Shown one piece after another: positions 1 through 13,154 of a stretch of DNA of 64,000 nucleotides. Source of the stretch: Takakia lepidozioides. Lineage: Eukaryota; Plantae; Bryophyta. The stretch's first letter is position 1. Each line of letters starts with the position of its first letter. Where the stretch lies: NCBI GenBank assembly GCA_030704615.1, contig CM060731.1, positions 81,406,001 through 81,470,000 on the forward strand, read 5' to 3'. A model generated the notes under the pieces. It worked only from the letters and a program-made list of their open reading frames with translations. It was not told where the DNA came from and did not search any database. The translations under genes and the position numbers were made by a program.

Positions 1-3000
1 AATCTTTCCGCAAGGGAGTGGTCTTAAAATGCGAGGCATAAATCAAGTAGGCTCAGTATTTCAGCCCCAACTACAGCAGCCCCTAGGTGAAAAGGGGCCA
101 GGATGAAAAGGCTGCTGGGCAGATCAACATACTTTAGACTAGAGAGTGATTTGATTTCCTGACCAGTGTCTATTAATTACTGTCAGTAAATCTGAAAAGA
201 CTAAGCTCCGTGTCCTGTAGTAGTGCTCAGAAGCAACTTGGAGACTTTCAAGATCCAACACGATTGATACTTTTGCGGATGTTACAAGTAGCTAGCCTAT
301 CTAAGGCGGTGAGAGATTAGCTAGCTGTTCAGTCGGGGGCCCTGCTAGTTCCGGGCCACAGAGATAGATCACCTAGAGCTCAGTATGTCTCAGTTGCTCT
401 CTCTAAAAGTAAAGTTGGTGTGAGAATATTCTCATTGAGGAACTTGGCACAGGGATTCTGGACTGCTTGACTGAATCTGTTTGGTGTAAGTTAACCTTCA
501 ATGAAGATCAATATCTAATAGGAATATGCTTCGCGCATACATACAGAACAGAGGTAGACTCGAGGTAGATCACTCTTTAGACTTCTGTCATTTCGAACTC
601 ATGGCCATAGAGAACTCAATGGCCACTAGAGACGTCAAGCAACCTTTGATGAGTACATGTTTCTCCCTCCTCCACTCCCACCCTCCCTCTGCCAGCTGAT
701 CCACATCTTGTGTACATAGTCTCACAAGAGTGTCACATGTGAGTCAGCGGCCAGCGCGGTGGACTGCTCTGTATACGTACAGCGCGACCAGCTTGTAATC
801 TTTACGCCAACGTTCTCGACATGTGTTATTTTCCGTTAGACGGAGGGAGGGTACAGAGCAATTTATGATGATGCAAACAATTTTTCGGAAATGTCTGTAC
901 ATGTGTAGAAGAAGACACTATCAGATACTGCACAAAGTAATTCCATTTAAGTTTACATTACATTACATTGTGAGCTCTGCTTGTCGACTTTGGCTGTAGT
1001 GTAGGTTGCCTCTCGATGTGGCGACCTGGATGAGTTTGCTACGGAAGGCAAGACCAGCAACAACGTTCAGTTCACAAGATATTTTAGAATGTTCTGTGGA
1101 AACTTAGAAGCTCGTAGAGATTTCCAGCAATGGTGTCAGGAAGATGTGAAAAGCCCATTAGTCTTGAGGTATCGTGAAACTAGAGGAAGAAGTGTTGTTG
1201 AACAAGGGGAACTAAAACACAAGTCAGCTTTTTAAGTCAGATTTTGGGTGTAAAGGACAAAAATTTATCGGTAGATGCGCCAGGGTGGTCCTGGCCCCAA
1301 GAGAGCAGACACAGATCAGATACAAGCTGCATCTTTGCAGTTGCGTTATCATTTTCTTGGTAACCGCCCCCTCATTGGTCCTGCTGTTAGCGACATTGTC
1401 TATTTCGTGGTATAATACCTGACTCGTTTGCTTGCTGGAGGAAAAGGCATTGAGAAAAGAGCAAGAGAGAGTCGAGACACTGTTGGGTTGAGTTACAGAA
1501 GTTCGGGGAAACAAGGGGCCACAAGTTTACTTGGCCTGGCCTCATCTACCAAGCAAAGCTTACAGACGAGCCTGTATCTTACCGCGAGGGGATGAAGATC
1601 TATGATATGTACTGAGGCACGAGAAACTTCTCTAGGGGGTGGGGCCCGTCTACTGTCAGTTCATCTGGCAGCGCCTACCCACCAGCTAGTAACCCAACCA
1701 CATCTCAAACTGTTTCTCGCTTGCTGACTCTGCAACATGCTTGTGCTAGAGAATCGTTTCTCCTTCTCAAGGAAAAAGGGTGATGCTTCTCAAATAGGAA
1801 ACATACAGAAAAAAGGTTCCCCTAGCTACTCGGTTATGCCGATTGAAGAAGCTCTAGAGATTCCTATGTTGCTTTTCAGAGCCAGCAGAGAACCACGGAG
1901 AGAAGCAGGTATGAGCTCTATTCCAGAGTAAAGGCACGCATCTCGACGTGCCCACAAGCACCAGCAGCGCCACCTTCACCCCAGTCAGGGCCCCTGTTTT
2001 CTGCCTTTTCTCCCCTCAGCCCAATAAATACAGTTACCCCGCACCCGTAAGATCATCACACTGTTTCGGAAAAAGGATTGATCGGCAAGTAATGCACACA
2101 AGTCGGCCGCGTAGCTCTGGAGTCATACATTACTTAAGCTTGATGTGATCAACAGTGGGCCCCCACTGTGAAAGAAGCACAGCTGTTCCTGAACATAGGT
2201 CATTTTCCATCCCTCAGAACCCACATGTTTAGTGCATGATTGACAAAAAAGAGTCTGGAACACACCTGCATGCTCCATGCAAGGAACCTCGCTTGGCTGC
2301 TACACTCCCTGACAGTCCGGAGATTTGTCACTCTGTGAGACCCTAAACCCCAGGCATAAGTGGATGATGACACGAGCCCATTTTTCTACTTTCTCAACAC
2401 CCAGCTCCTGTCCCAAACTGAGAAAAAAAATTGGCCGAATCCTGCATGCCAACATTGTTTTGTGCAATCATTCAATCTCTGTTTCAGCTCAGCTCGCTTG
2501 ATTGAAAGTTTATTCCCTACGGTTTGCAAAATGCAGCTTTTGGCGAACACTTTCCAATTTTCTGTGGGATTTTAAACGCGTTCTTGCAAAGGGAATGAGT
2601 AGGTGTAGACTTATTTGGTAGGCGTCCCACATATAATTTCCTTCGCCATGTCTGTGTGTATTATCAACAGGACTACTACTCCATGGAATCCTTCAGTCAA
2701 CACAAAGACTCGGTCAAAAGCAAGACCCCATCACGCTCCACGCTTCTTCCCCAACACTCCACCACGGTTGACTCGTCACCCTCCCACAGCTGATCACTTA
2801 GGTAGTCCCTGCAGAATGTCAACCCTGGTTAGTCTGACCCTAACTGCGCTGCCACCCACATGTGGATGAATCATCTGGATGGATGGATGCACTCACACCA
2901 GATCTGCGTGGGGCCATCCTCAGTGTCACGGGCCGGCCGGCCCGTGGGCCCGGGCCACACTCATAATCCCGGCACGTGCCATCAGCTGGATCCCACACGA

Positions 3001-4013
3001 ACGAGACTACCGGCGGGCAGCAGAGCGGAGCGGGCAGGGCAGGTCAAGAATTGATGCCGCCCTGCCCGATTTAATCATCCATTCCAGGTCCAGGTTTCAT
3101 CAGGAATTCGTCCAAAATTTTCTGCGGCGACCGCGCGGCTCATCTCTCAGCTCAAAAACGTAGCGAATTGAGGGGGGGTCCTGGATGCAGAGGAGGCTGA
3201 TGAGGGATGCGAGAGCTGGGACCTTTCTCTGTGGTCAGCTCGCGGCGTGGAACGAAGGTTTAATTCGCAGGTATGGAGGTCCTTCATGATCTTGCAGTGC
3301 AAGGAAAGCGAGGTGTTTAATTTCTGGCCCTTCAAATAACTATGTGCAGTCCAGGGGTTTAGGGTTTAGGACTCTCTTCTCGGCGAGGATGAGACGATAT
3401 TCCGAATGTGTTGGTCTTTTCAGTGTAATTTGATATCAGACTACACAAATTTTCAGGGTTTAGGAAACTTTCTGTCATGCTTGAGATTTCGCAGACTTAT
3501 ATTTGGTTCTTATGTTTTCAAGAGCTGGCGTCCGGTTGTTACCTGAAGATTTATCGATCATTGTAATTTTGGTCGAGGGCTCGGAAGTTTGTGTAAACAT
3601 GTAGATCTAGCTTTGAAGGAAATTGCATGAAGAACCCTGCCGTTGGATGTAGCGGTCTGGAATTTTGTAATGGTGTCTACCCGGAAGATGTACAGTGGCT
3701 GTCAAAGAGAATTACACTTGCAGCGAAGCATTTGCCGCTGCTGTGCGGTCCAACATGTTGAAGAAGCAACAACCAGGAACATTTTTCGATATCGTGAAAT
3801 CTCAACATCTGAGTTGCCCCATGATCCGGCCATTTATCAGGGTAGGTTTATCCATGTCCGACCCAGGGGAGGGGGTTAGACTTCATAGAGATTTTTCCAT
3901 CACAATGTCGGGACGTCGATTCAATTTCCAGTTTGTTAGTCTATGCTATCTTTAGTTAACTCGCTTTTTTGTTGTTCAAGTCTATTTCCATGGGAGGATG
4001 ATTGGCTCACTGA

Positions 4014-4015
<2 letters not shown>

Positions 4016-4049
<34 letters not shown>
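4016..4049. repeat. (CT)n microsatellite
   Basis: Run of CT dinucleotides seen directly. Confidence 0.95.
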
Positions 4050-4051
<2 letters not shown>

Positions 4052-4059
4052 GTTTCTTC

Positions 4060-4544
4060 CTACCCACTCTCGGCACTCTACTGAAATTTAAACTCAGGGC
4101 AGGAAGCCTACCTTTGAACAGCAAACAGAAGCAGAGAGGAAAGGGAGAGTGCAATTGCCCGTTGTGTGGGCAATCTGAAGACAGTATTCATTTTCTGATA
4201 CACTGTCCGGGGTTCTCTCCCAAAGAGACGCCCTCTTCAAATCTATCAAGGGAATTGTGCCTGTACCCCTGTTTACCAACTTTGAAAGTCTCGAGGCTGA
4301 GCCAAAAGCCCAGGCCCTCCTGAGGCCTAGTTTTTGGGCAAATCACACACAGCAGATTGATGCTTGTGTGAAGGGATTTCTAGAGGATATCTGGAAAACC
4401 CGGATTAATTCTATATATGAAGGTAAGTCTTACTACCAACGTCAGCCCCCGACAGAGGTAGGTTCTGTCCCTTTTGTTCCCGCTCAAACTGGGCGCGGGG
4501 TCAATGGCCACAAGGCTACGGCAAACAACGTCTTATGAGTACAA
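4060..4544 (+). mobile_element. 5'-truncated non-LTR retrotransposon (ORF2 C-terminal Zn-finger region) with 16-bp target-site duplication
   Basis: TCTCTCCGGTTTCTTC occurs at 4044-4059 and 4545-4560. The insert encodes LRAGSLPL...CPLCGQSEDSIHFLIHCP, the CxxC...HxxxxC motif typical of LINE ORF2 C-termini. One frameshift; the ORF stops at 4538. Confidence 0.75.
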
Positions 4545-5140
4545 TCTCTCCGGTTTCTTCTTGCAGGTGCATTTTTGGATGAAGATAGCGCTGTGGACGC
4601 CAATTTTCCGTGCTATCTGATTAGAGGCTCAAGAAGCCACCTTAATTTTGTCTGCAGAGACCCTTATATCACATCTTCAACAGATATGGATCCTCAACCT
4701 CTGCCACCAGGGCTTGTTAGAAACCTTCAAACACCCAAAGTGTGTATAGGGCTGGTCCTGCTTGCTGGAGAAAATGGCGTGAACCCACGGCAACATACAG
4801 TCCCAACCATGGAAGTTCTACGCACTCAATTTATTACAGTGTATAGGGAAAACCTGCCTGGGCCCCGAACTACTCGTTGGAGTATAAATCACGGGGATCT
4901 GTAGTTCTTGGGTCACAGGGCACATGGACTAGATGAACATCTGAGAGACTTGATACAGAGACCTTGTCAATTCTGGAATCGGGCTTCAGAGGTCAGCAGT
5001 TAAAAACCAACTCTTGTGCAAACCTGAGGTCAAATGTCAGGGATGCTTGTCACAAAGCAGGCACCACGGTGTGCCCTAACTGTGGCCTTGTCACTGCAGT
5101 AACTCCTGCTGGAGAGAACATTGTAGAGCCACATGGATGA

Positions 5141-6910
5141 GTGGCAATCCAGTCAGTTGCATTTGCCACCCCCTCCCTCCCTTTTGACAGCCGAAAGAGT
5201 GTTCAGAAGCTTAACACAGATGTTGCCCTTAGTAGCTCTGAGTGGGTATGGGGTAACATCCCTGCTTATGGATTGCTGGGAGACCAAGTGGGAAGTCTCC
5301 CAGACAACCCCCAGGTACGCTTTGCTGCAAATGGGGACCTCCGGAATGCAATAAAAACTGCTTGCCAGTTACCAAAAACAATCAATGAGCTCACTTACTA
5401 TTCACCTCAACGATTATAACCCCAAAATCATGGCAAGAAACTTTGTGATGCTAGAACTGCTCAGATTGCACTGATAATTGACAATGCTCTCTGATATTTG
5501 GCCTTACTAACTACCAATCAACTTCTAGTTGTTGGTGCACCATCCGAAACCTTGTGTTGAATTTACAGAGATGTGCAACTGGGATCCATAGAAGTCCAAT
5601 GAGCTGATTTTTCCTGGTTCTGGAGGTTCTACTCTAACTGCCCATTTTGACATAGAAGTGTGGATGATGTTGGTGGCAATGGGAATGTCATCAGATTCTT
5701 AAGAAACTCCACTTTCCACCCTAAGGCACTATCCTCCTGCATAAAGTGATGCTGTGGCTCACAGGCTGGGATGTTTATGACCCGCCCATCAGGTTGCGTG
5801 GAAGGTCTTTAAAGATCAAGGCTTACTACTTCCGTTTGGTGCTCATCATAGAGACACCCTGAAAACTTATTTGCTTGACTCGTCATGGCGGGGGGATAGT
5901 AGGCAATGGAGCTGACCCATTGGACGACTGGGATCTATCCCGCCTTCTTGCAGTTGCTGAAACAGAGGGCCTAACCCCCATGGATCTCTATGGGCACTTG
6001 TTCCTCCATCTTCAAGGGAAGCTCGCTCTCAACTTTTGTGAGCAAATTGCAAAGCTGTTAAATCCATTTCAGGTAATTTGCTGTGAATATATGTTAATGA
6101 TCACTCTTTGCTCCTCTTTGTAACTTCTTCCTTTGGAGTCATAAAAATTGTTTATGCTGGAGTTTCCTCTCGCTCATGTTGGCTGGAGACAATCATCACC
6201 ACTTACTGATCCGCAGCTTGAAACCAGCAACAAGGCCAGTTTTGCATGTGATGATGGATCCTGCCAGATAGCCATCATAAATGGTGCCTCTGAATTTCGT
6301 TTCTTCATTTTTCCTCGATCGTGTCATTGAGACAGAAACTGGTGTTTGAGAGTGTGCAAACCTGCATTTGTTTTGGTTCATGATTTTCCAGGCTCTATTG
6401 TTCGGATGCATCAGACATGGCTGCAGAGTCTCAAACCTCTGGCATGCTGCTGCATCGTGTGGATACTTATAACATCACCAATGAAACTACCAGGGAATTG
6501 TTTGTCCTGGAAGAGTGGGTACCACTGTTACATCCAAAGACACCAGGGGCCACTCTGGTCACTCTGTTGATGAACTGGCCATTGCATGGTCCAGTTGCTG
6601 CATGTCATGTCAGCACCTCCAAGTTAACAGAGCAAGAGCTTGCGGACACTTGTGGGCTGAGGCTGACATGGGCTTTGCAGATCTTTTAACCAAAGGGCTT
6701 CTGCATGGGGACCTCTCATGGGTTCGATACTTTCATGAATTTAGCAAATCATTTTCCGATTACTTGGACTCTAGATCAGGTGATAAAGTAGGGAAGAGTG
6801 ACCAACTTCATCTGAAAGAACGGCAGTCTATTGTCCCTCATCGATTATTTGTGGGGATAGATGCCCCAGTGAATGCTACTCCAGGGGCTGTAGTGAGCTC
6901 TGAGCTTTGA
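5141..6910 (+). pseudogene. DUF4470-domain protein gene, frameshifted (probable pseudogene); upstream exons probably extend to ~3640
   Basis: Motifs in order across shifting frames: WGNIPA, FAANGDLRNAIKT, IHLNDYNPKIMARNFVML (~5400-5455), ADPLDDW, DLYG, RVDTYNI, TPGATLVTLLMN. Donor CAG|GTAATT at 6072. Several frameshifts and stops. Confidence 0.65.
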
Positions 6911-8040
6911 TAATATCATACAATTGTTCACAACTGCATTTTTACAGAGCGTTTTATTGAGTGGGAATTTCATGGCTACCAACAGATTTGACCCACAAAA
7001 GCTCCATGGCATTTCAGATTTAGTTGTGAGCTAGCAGTTACTGTGGACGGATTGGACTAGGTGGAAATTTCTACAAGGCTTCTTGTCATACTTCGCTTTG
7101 TTTATTGAATTTTAGAATGGAAGAAATATGGTTTATTGGCTACTTGGTTTACCTCCCTATTCCTCATCCGCAACCACCTCAATTGCCCATTCCAACACCA
7201 ATAATCACCCTGATAAATTCCACATACAATCCATCATAAAAATGCATCAGCTGTTTGTACGACCACATACACTTTCTCAAAGCCAGATCTCATACAGACA
7301 TTTCAGGTAGTGAAGTGGTGGACCTCCTTGCCCAACAAGGGGCCGCCAGCCCCCCTTAGACCCATGGGACTTATTATGGTGTCACTTCACCCCAAAGGGC
7401 TAACAGGTGATTCATTAAACAACAGGAGACATACGTAACGAGTCTGTCCGAGTGATTGATGTAGCAAAGTTAGATGGATGACAGACAGCAATTTGTGAGG
7501 GATGATGGTGGATGTGATGCAGGGCAGGGAACTTGGCACGCTTTTGGAATGAGTTTGTTTGCACCTTCCTGAGACAGTGACCCTGGCTTTTCATTATTAA
7601 GTTGGCAACTCTGTCGACGTGGTTGCAAGAGGCTTCACGAAAGCGAGGGCCTGGCCCGTGCTGGCCCACGCAGGCTGCACCCTGTTACCCAGCACTTCCA
7701 TGAGAGTAGTGAACGGCTTGTTGAGAGATGTTTTCCATACCCATTAGATGCTCTCTTTGACCTCTGGTATGGCGTTCCAGGCCCTGGAGAAAGGACAGTG
7801 AGTTTGAATCTCGTGAAGACAAACAATTATTTTTGTTGGATTCTGTGTCTGTGATCATCGCCTGTTTAGTTGAGATGGGTTGTCCAGTTACCGAGCATTT
7901 TTAGGTGTTCTTGTGAAAATTACGATTTGCTGGGGAGATTGAGGTTGGGAATTCGAAATGCGCGCTCTCACACACGCAATTTGATGCTGCATTTGGAGAC
8001 CTGTTTTCCTCGAAATTTGCCCTTCACGATTGGAAGTCGA

Positions 8041-11000
8041 ATGGCGGAGCAGCTGGATGACAGGGCTGTAACAGTGCAGATCGAGAATCTCAAGTTCACA
8101 TATCCAGGGATTGATGGGTACCCACCCCCCGGAGTCAAGCCTTTGATAGAGGACTTCTCTCTCACTCTGTGCGCTGGCGACCGCTGCCTTCTGGTGGGTG
8201 CCAATGGCGCAGGTACATGATACTTTCCTTACTTATGTTGGATGTTAGGCAGGCTATAAGGAGTGGATCCCTTCTGTGGCCGTGGTAAAATTCTTTGTTC
8301 TGTCGAATTTGGTGCTCTGCGGCGCATGGTTGCTGCTGTCAAACTTATGTGTTCGTCTGCATACGGTCCTTCCCAGCAACGTAAATCATGATGTTTTTGA
8401 AAAACAGCAAGAAAGACTGGAAACTACCTTGGCCTCTCATCTGCTTTGATCTCCGTTTAGACGACCTAGGAAAAGAAATATGATGTGAGATTTCTGCTTC
8501 TTGAATAATTGAGGATTGGTGAAGTGCTGCGGCTTCCTTTCAAACTTGCATGCGAAGTATCTTGATTATCGTTTCACTCACTCACTCACACACACATCAA
8601 TAGCCATAAGGCCACTGTAAGGGAAGCCTATCGAGAACCTCTCTCCTCCCCTCCTCCTTCCATCTGTGAGTGTTGTATGAATTTGCTTGGATGTAGGCTA
8701 CTACCTAAAGGTTTAGGGTTTAGGGCCCCTACGGCTGTCTCCCCATCCTCCTTTCCCCAGTCCCTCTCTGTCTTCCTATTCCTCTCTGTATACCAAGTGG
8801 GACAGTCCGATGACCAAGAATGGAAGTGCACGTAGGTGCTCATCTGAAAATGCCCGATTGCTGCAGGAAAGACAACACTGTTGAAGATACTGGGAGGGAA
8901 GCACATGGTTGATCCAGACATGGTGCGAGTACTAGGCCGCTCTGCTTTTCATGACACAGCCCTTACCTCAAGTGGGGCTCTGTCTTACCTCGGGGGGGAG
9001 GTAGGGGACCCTCTCCCTCTTGTTACGGATGTAGTAAATTTCTGTCGTGCTTTTTTTTCTCTGTCACGCACTCTCTCCATACAGTTGACATTGTACGTTT
9101 CTCATGCTTCTTGTCCCTTCTTAATGGTGAGAAACGCGGCATAGCAACACATCCCCATGTTTTGCACTGGCAGGGAGGTTTAGTACGCTACCAAGATTCT
9201 AGCCAAGGACCACATCTCTCTATGTAATCAACCCTTCAATAGAGTGGGTATGGGGTTTAATGTCTCTATGGGTGGAGGAAGGGATGGGTGGATGACAATT
9301 GAGTAAAGGGGGAGGAGGAAAGATAGATTTATGACCATTCCCTTAGGTGTGCAGTGGAGAAGAGATGTCGCTTTTGCTGGATTCGATGTCCCTTTGCAAA
9401 TGGATGTGGCAGCAGAGAAGATGATATTTGGGGTACAAGGCATTGACCCTGCACGCAGAGAGCGTCTTATCAAGGTAGTAAATACTGCTGCTACCTTTAA
9501 AGCCATTAGATGTTCCCATGATGTGTGAATCCTGCCCTGCAATTATGCAATTGTACTGGATAGTGTCGGTTCAGATGGCTCCTACATCATATGCTCAAGC
9601 AGGAAGTTTGTTAGCCAGATTAGTGATTTTTTATATCAATCCCATATGAGCAACACGACGAGTAAATGGATATCCATTACTATTGACCTTTTGTCTCAGC
9701 TGTACATACCAGTACATCAGTGCTTTGCAGTCCAACAGAGCTATGCCCTCTCATGGACTGTACTTGTGTAGCGGAGGAGGTTGTTTTCATCCGACGGAGT
9801 TAATCTATAAGCAGTATAGGAGCAATTTCTTTAGCACCCAAGGATGCACACACACTCTCTGTACGTGTCTCTCTCTCTCCATTCTCAATGTCATCAGTCG
9901 GTTACAAAATGTTGTCAGGTGCTGGACATTGATCTGAAATGGCGCATGCACAAAGTATCGGATGGACAGCGGCGGCGTGTTCAAATTTGCATGGGTCTTC
10001 TTCGGCCTTATCAGGTCTGCAGGTTTTGGCCTTCCAACATTGCTCTGTTTCCTCAAAACAGTGAATAACTTGTTGTAGGGAGGGAGGGATGAGTGCAAGA
10101 GAGACAAAGAGATGGATGTGGGAGATTGTGAGTAGCCATGCGGCATGGAACCCAAACCCACTTCTAGAAGAGGGGAGAGCTCTCAATTTTCCGAGACGTA
10201 AACCTTGGGAGCCCTTGAGAAGATCTCGGCTGGTCTTCATCACTGTTCTAAATTTGAATCCATCGTACTACTGGAAGTACAAGCATCCCTTTTTTGAGTT
10301 AAAAGGTCGACCGATTGACAATGAAGGATTGCATTCTTCTTTCCTGTGTGTAGGTACTACTGTTGGATGAGATAACAGTAGATCTTGATGTGCTGGCACG
10401 CGCCGACTTGATCAACTTCTTGAAATCAGAGTGTAAGGAGCGAGGGGCCACCATTATTTATGCCACACATATTTTTGATGGGCTTGAGTCTTGGCCAACT
10501 CACATTGTAAAAGCTCTCATCTTTCTTTTCTCTTGCCTAGATATTTTATACTTCAACACTGAGGATAAATTCCGTATTACAGGCTTGGAATAGCTGGTCT
10601 TCTGTGGGGGACAATGATAAGATGTGTGACAATGTTACATGTATGTCTGTGAGCACGATCAGCTAATCCCTTCACCAACACTAAATTTATGTCAAGAATG
10701 ACTAAGTCGAGACTTGCATGCCTCGTTAATTCTGTTGAGATCATGAAATGAAAATGGAAGTTCACCTATTTGTGTGGATCATGATCAGGCCTATGTAGCA
10801 AAAGGGAGGCTGCAGTTTGCAAAACCCATCAGTGAAATTGCTGAGATGCAAGAGCTCTCTCTCATGGTAGGGCACTCTTCTGGATGTGTACTCTTGCTTG
10901 CTCATCAAGGAAGTTCTATAACTACATGATACTAATGGTTGCAGAGCAGGCAAGCTAATGTTTAGGGGATGGTCGTGGCTTTCTTGAAGTTGTAATGTAT

Positions 11001-11339
11001 TTTACAAAGAGCCATGTATGAGTGGGTGTAAATGTGTGGAAATAGATATAATATAATGATTCTTTGTGATGATGGTTTTGTCTGCTGATGCAGAGGACAG
11101 TGGAGAAATGGCTGCGGAAAGAGATAGAAGAACAGAGACAGATCCGGAAAGAAAGACGTGCAAAAGGGCTGTCTGGATTTGAGGACCAAGCTATGGATGG
11201 TACTCGTGTTGTAGGGGAGCCTGCCAAATCAGCAATCCCTGCACCCATGAACAATGGGTGGGCGGCAGGGCGCCTCCATTCAACCATTGCTGGGGAAGAC
11301 CCCTACAACTTGAGCTCAAATAGGGTTTTGAGATTGTAG
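8041..11339 (+). CDS. ABCI20: ABC transporter I family ATPase (ABCI20-like), 7 exons: 8041-8212, 8867-9000, 9355-9474, 9919-10014, 10354-10506, 10789-10866, 11094-11339
   Basis: Walker A GANGAGKTT spans exons 1/2; signature [11 protein letters not shown]; Walker B LLLDE; H-loop YATHIFDG; C-terminal NNGWAAGRL. All junctions are GT-AG and in frame. Confidence 0.93.
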
Positions 11340-13044
11340 ATAATAGCTGTCTGTTGGAAATTGAGGAGGTGAGGGTGGGTTCTGTCCGTAAGGCTGTTTT
11401 GAGGTTGCCTAGCAGCTGTAGATCTTGCACCTGTCAAGGGGATGTGCTTATTTTTCCTGTACTCCGCCAGGTACAGAAGTGATGTGTAATTCATTTACTC
11501 AAGAGCTTGGAATGCTCCAGCTCTACACAAAGGCTAGGAATAACTGTTATTAACCGGAAGCTGTGACAATCCAATAAGTTTCCTGCTATCGCACCAAAAT
11601 TTTCCCTCCAATGCAGAATGCAGACATGCAAGCAAAGGTATCTAGCATCCACAAATTTGAATGGCATATATTTTCTTCATCTGGCTTTGTAGCCATCGTT
11701 TCCTGGATATGAGAACTAGAAGTTTACACGGGAGAGGGTATTTTACCTGCAGACAGTGTGCAAATCCATATTAAAATAGCCATGCTTAATTATTGCTGCA
11801 TCTTGCTGAGAGGAGCAGATGTATGTTGAAGGTCACTATTCTCTGGGTCTGTAACTTATTGGAGTGTGGGACAAGTCACTTGGTGTTGGCGTAGATCCCA
11901 CATGCTTTTGTGGTATGTAGCTTTGGGTAACTTCTTCTCATCTTGTTTTGTTACCCTCCTGAGGTGGAGATGGCCTGCTATGCCTTGATGCGGAGTCGAA
12001 GCTCTCTTTTGCACTGGGGGATCCAGTGGCAAGACAAGTGCACGAACCAAGCGATTATAGTTTTGGGGGATGACCAAGGTGAGCAAAAGGGATTGCGATA
12101 TAGTGGTTTTGCATTAAGAGTGATTTCCCTTAATTGCATAAGTCAAATGTTCTTTTGAAAACCAGCTCAGCAAAATCTATCAACCAAACCACCAAATTTG
12201 ACTAAATCCTAATTCTCATCTGTCAGAGAGCCCCCAAAAGACAATTACAAAGCCAGAAGGGCAGGTTGGCAAGCATAATCTGAAAGGCAAAAAACCTAGA
12301 GAGAACTCTAGCCAACACCCACAAAAAGGAGAAAGAAAGATCCAGCCCGACAAATGTATAGATCAGGGAGATCTCCCTGATCTGAATCACACATGACTGT
12401 CCATGAACTTTGCAGGATTATTTGCAATACTTTACAGATGATATCTGCCTTTGGTGTCTGTTCCCGACAACAACGAAATGTTGAAGAGGTTAGAATTCAA
12501 ATATTGATGAGAATATACTATCTCTATAAAGGTTATGTCAACAACAATCCTCTCTTTTTTATGTCCTTTCTCTAGACAATAGAGTCAGGGCAAGGTCATT
12601 GTAATGCTACTGATGCACATCACTGATGACAGAGGTATTCGAATGGGACAGGGCCTCCATCACAAGCCCAATGGCGCCAGTCCGTAGCATCCCAATCCAA
12701 TCTATGTTTCATCCTTAAACCAAAGCCTCAAGTTCATGATGTGATTATACCCTCACCCAAATTGTATCTTCATCATGTTATGCCCGCCACCTTATACCCT
12801 CACTCAAATTCCAGCGACGACAAAGGTCGCAGAGGTGGTAGTTTAGCATAGAGCAGGAATAGGGTGCCATAGTGCCACATCATTGTCGCTACGTCATTAT
12901 AGTCACGTCATCTTAGCCACGTCATCGTCGTCAAATTTTGTGTGTCGGTTGTAGCAGGGTCGCCAGCGATCAGTCAGGACAATGCACCGTAGAAGAAGCT
13001 GGGAGCGTGGACCCTGTGGCAATTGCAGGATATCTTATGTATAG

Positions 13045-13154
13045 TGTAATGCCCTGAGTGGAGGGCATTCCCGGATTTGAGGGCACCGGCCCAAGGGCGG
13101 TAGCCCAAGGGAAGGCCCGAAAATCCGGGCATGCCCTTCACTCATGGCATTACA
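13045..13154. repeat. Inverted repeat / fold-back (34-bp arms)
   Basis: TGTAATGCCCTGAGTGGAGGGCATTCCCGGATTT (13045-13078) matches the reverse complement of 13121-13154 with 3 mismatches. Confidence 0.85.

Noticed and set aside
1-2200. Possible degenerate LTR element (purine tract ~1634-1644, TG...CA segment)
   Set aside because: No paired LTR, TSD or coding motif could be supported.
3355-3370. TTTAGGG repeats (also ~8711-8724) as interstitial telomere
   Set aside because: Only two units each; ordinary plant telo-box motifs.
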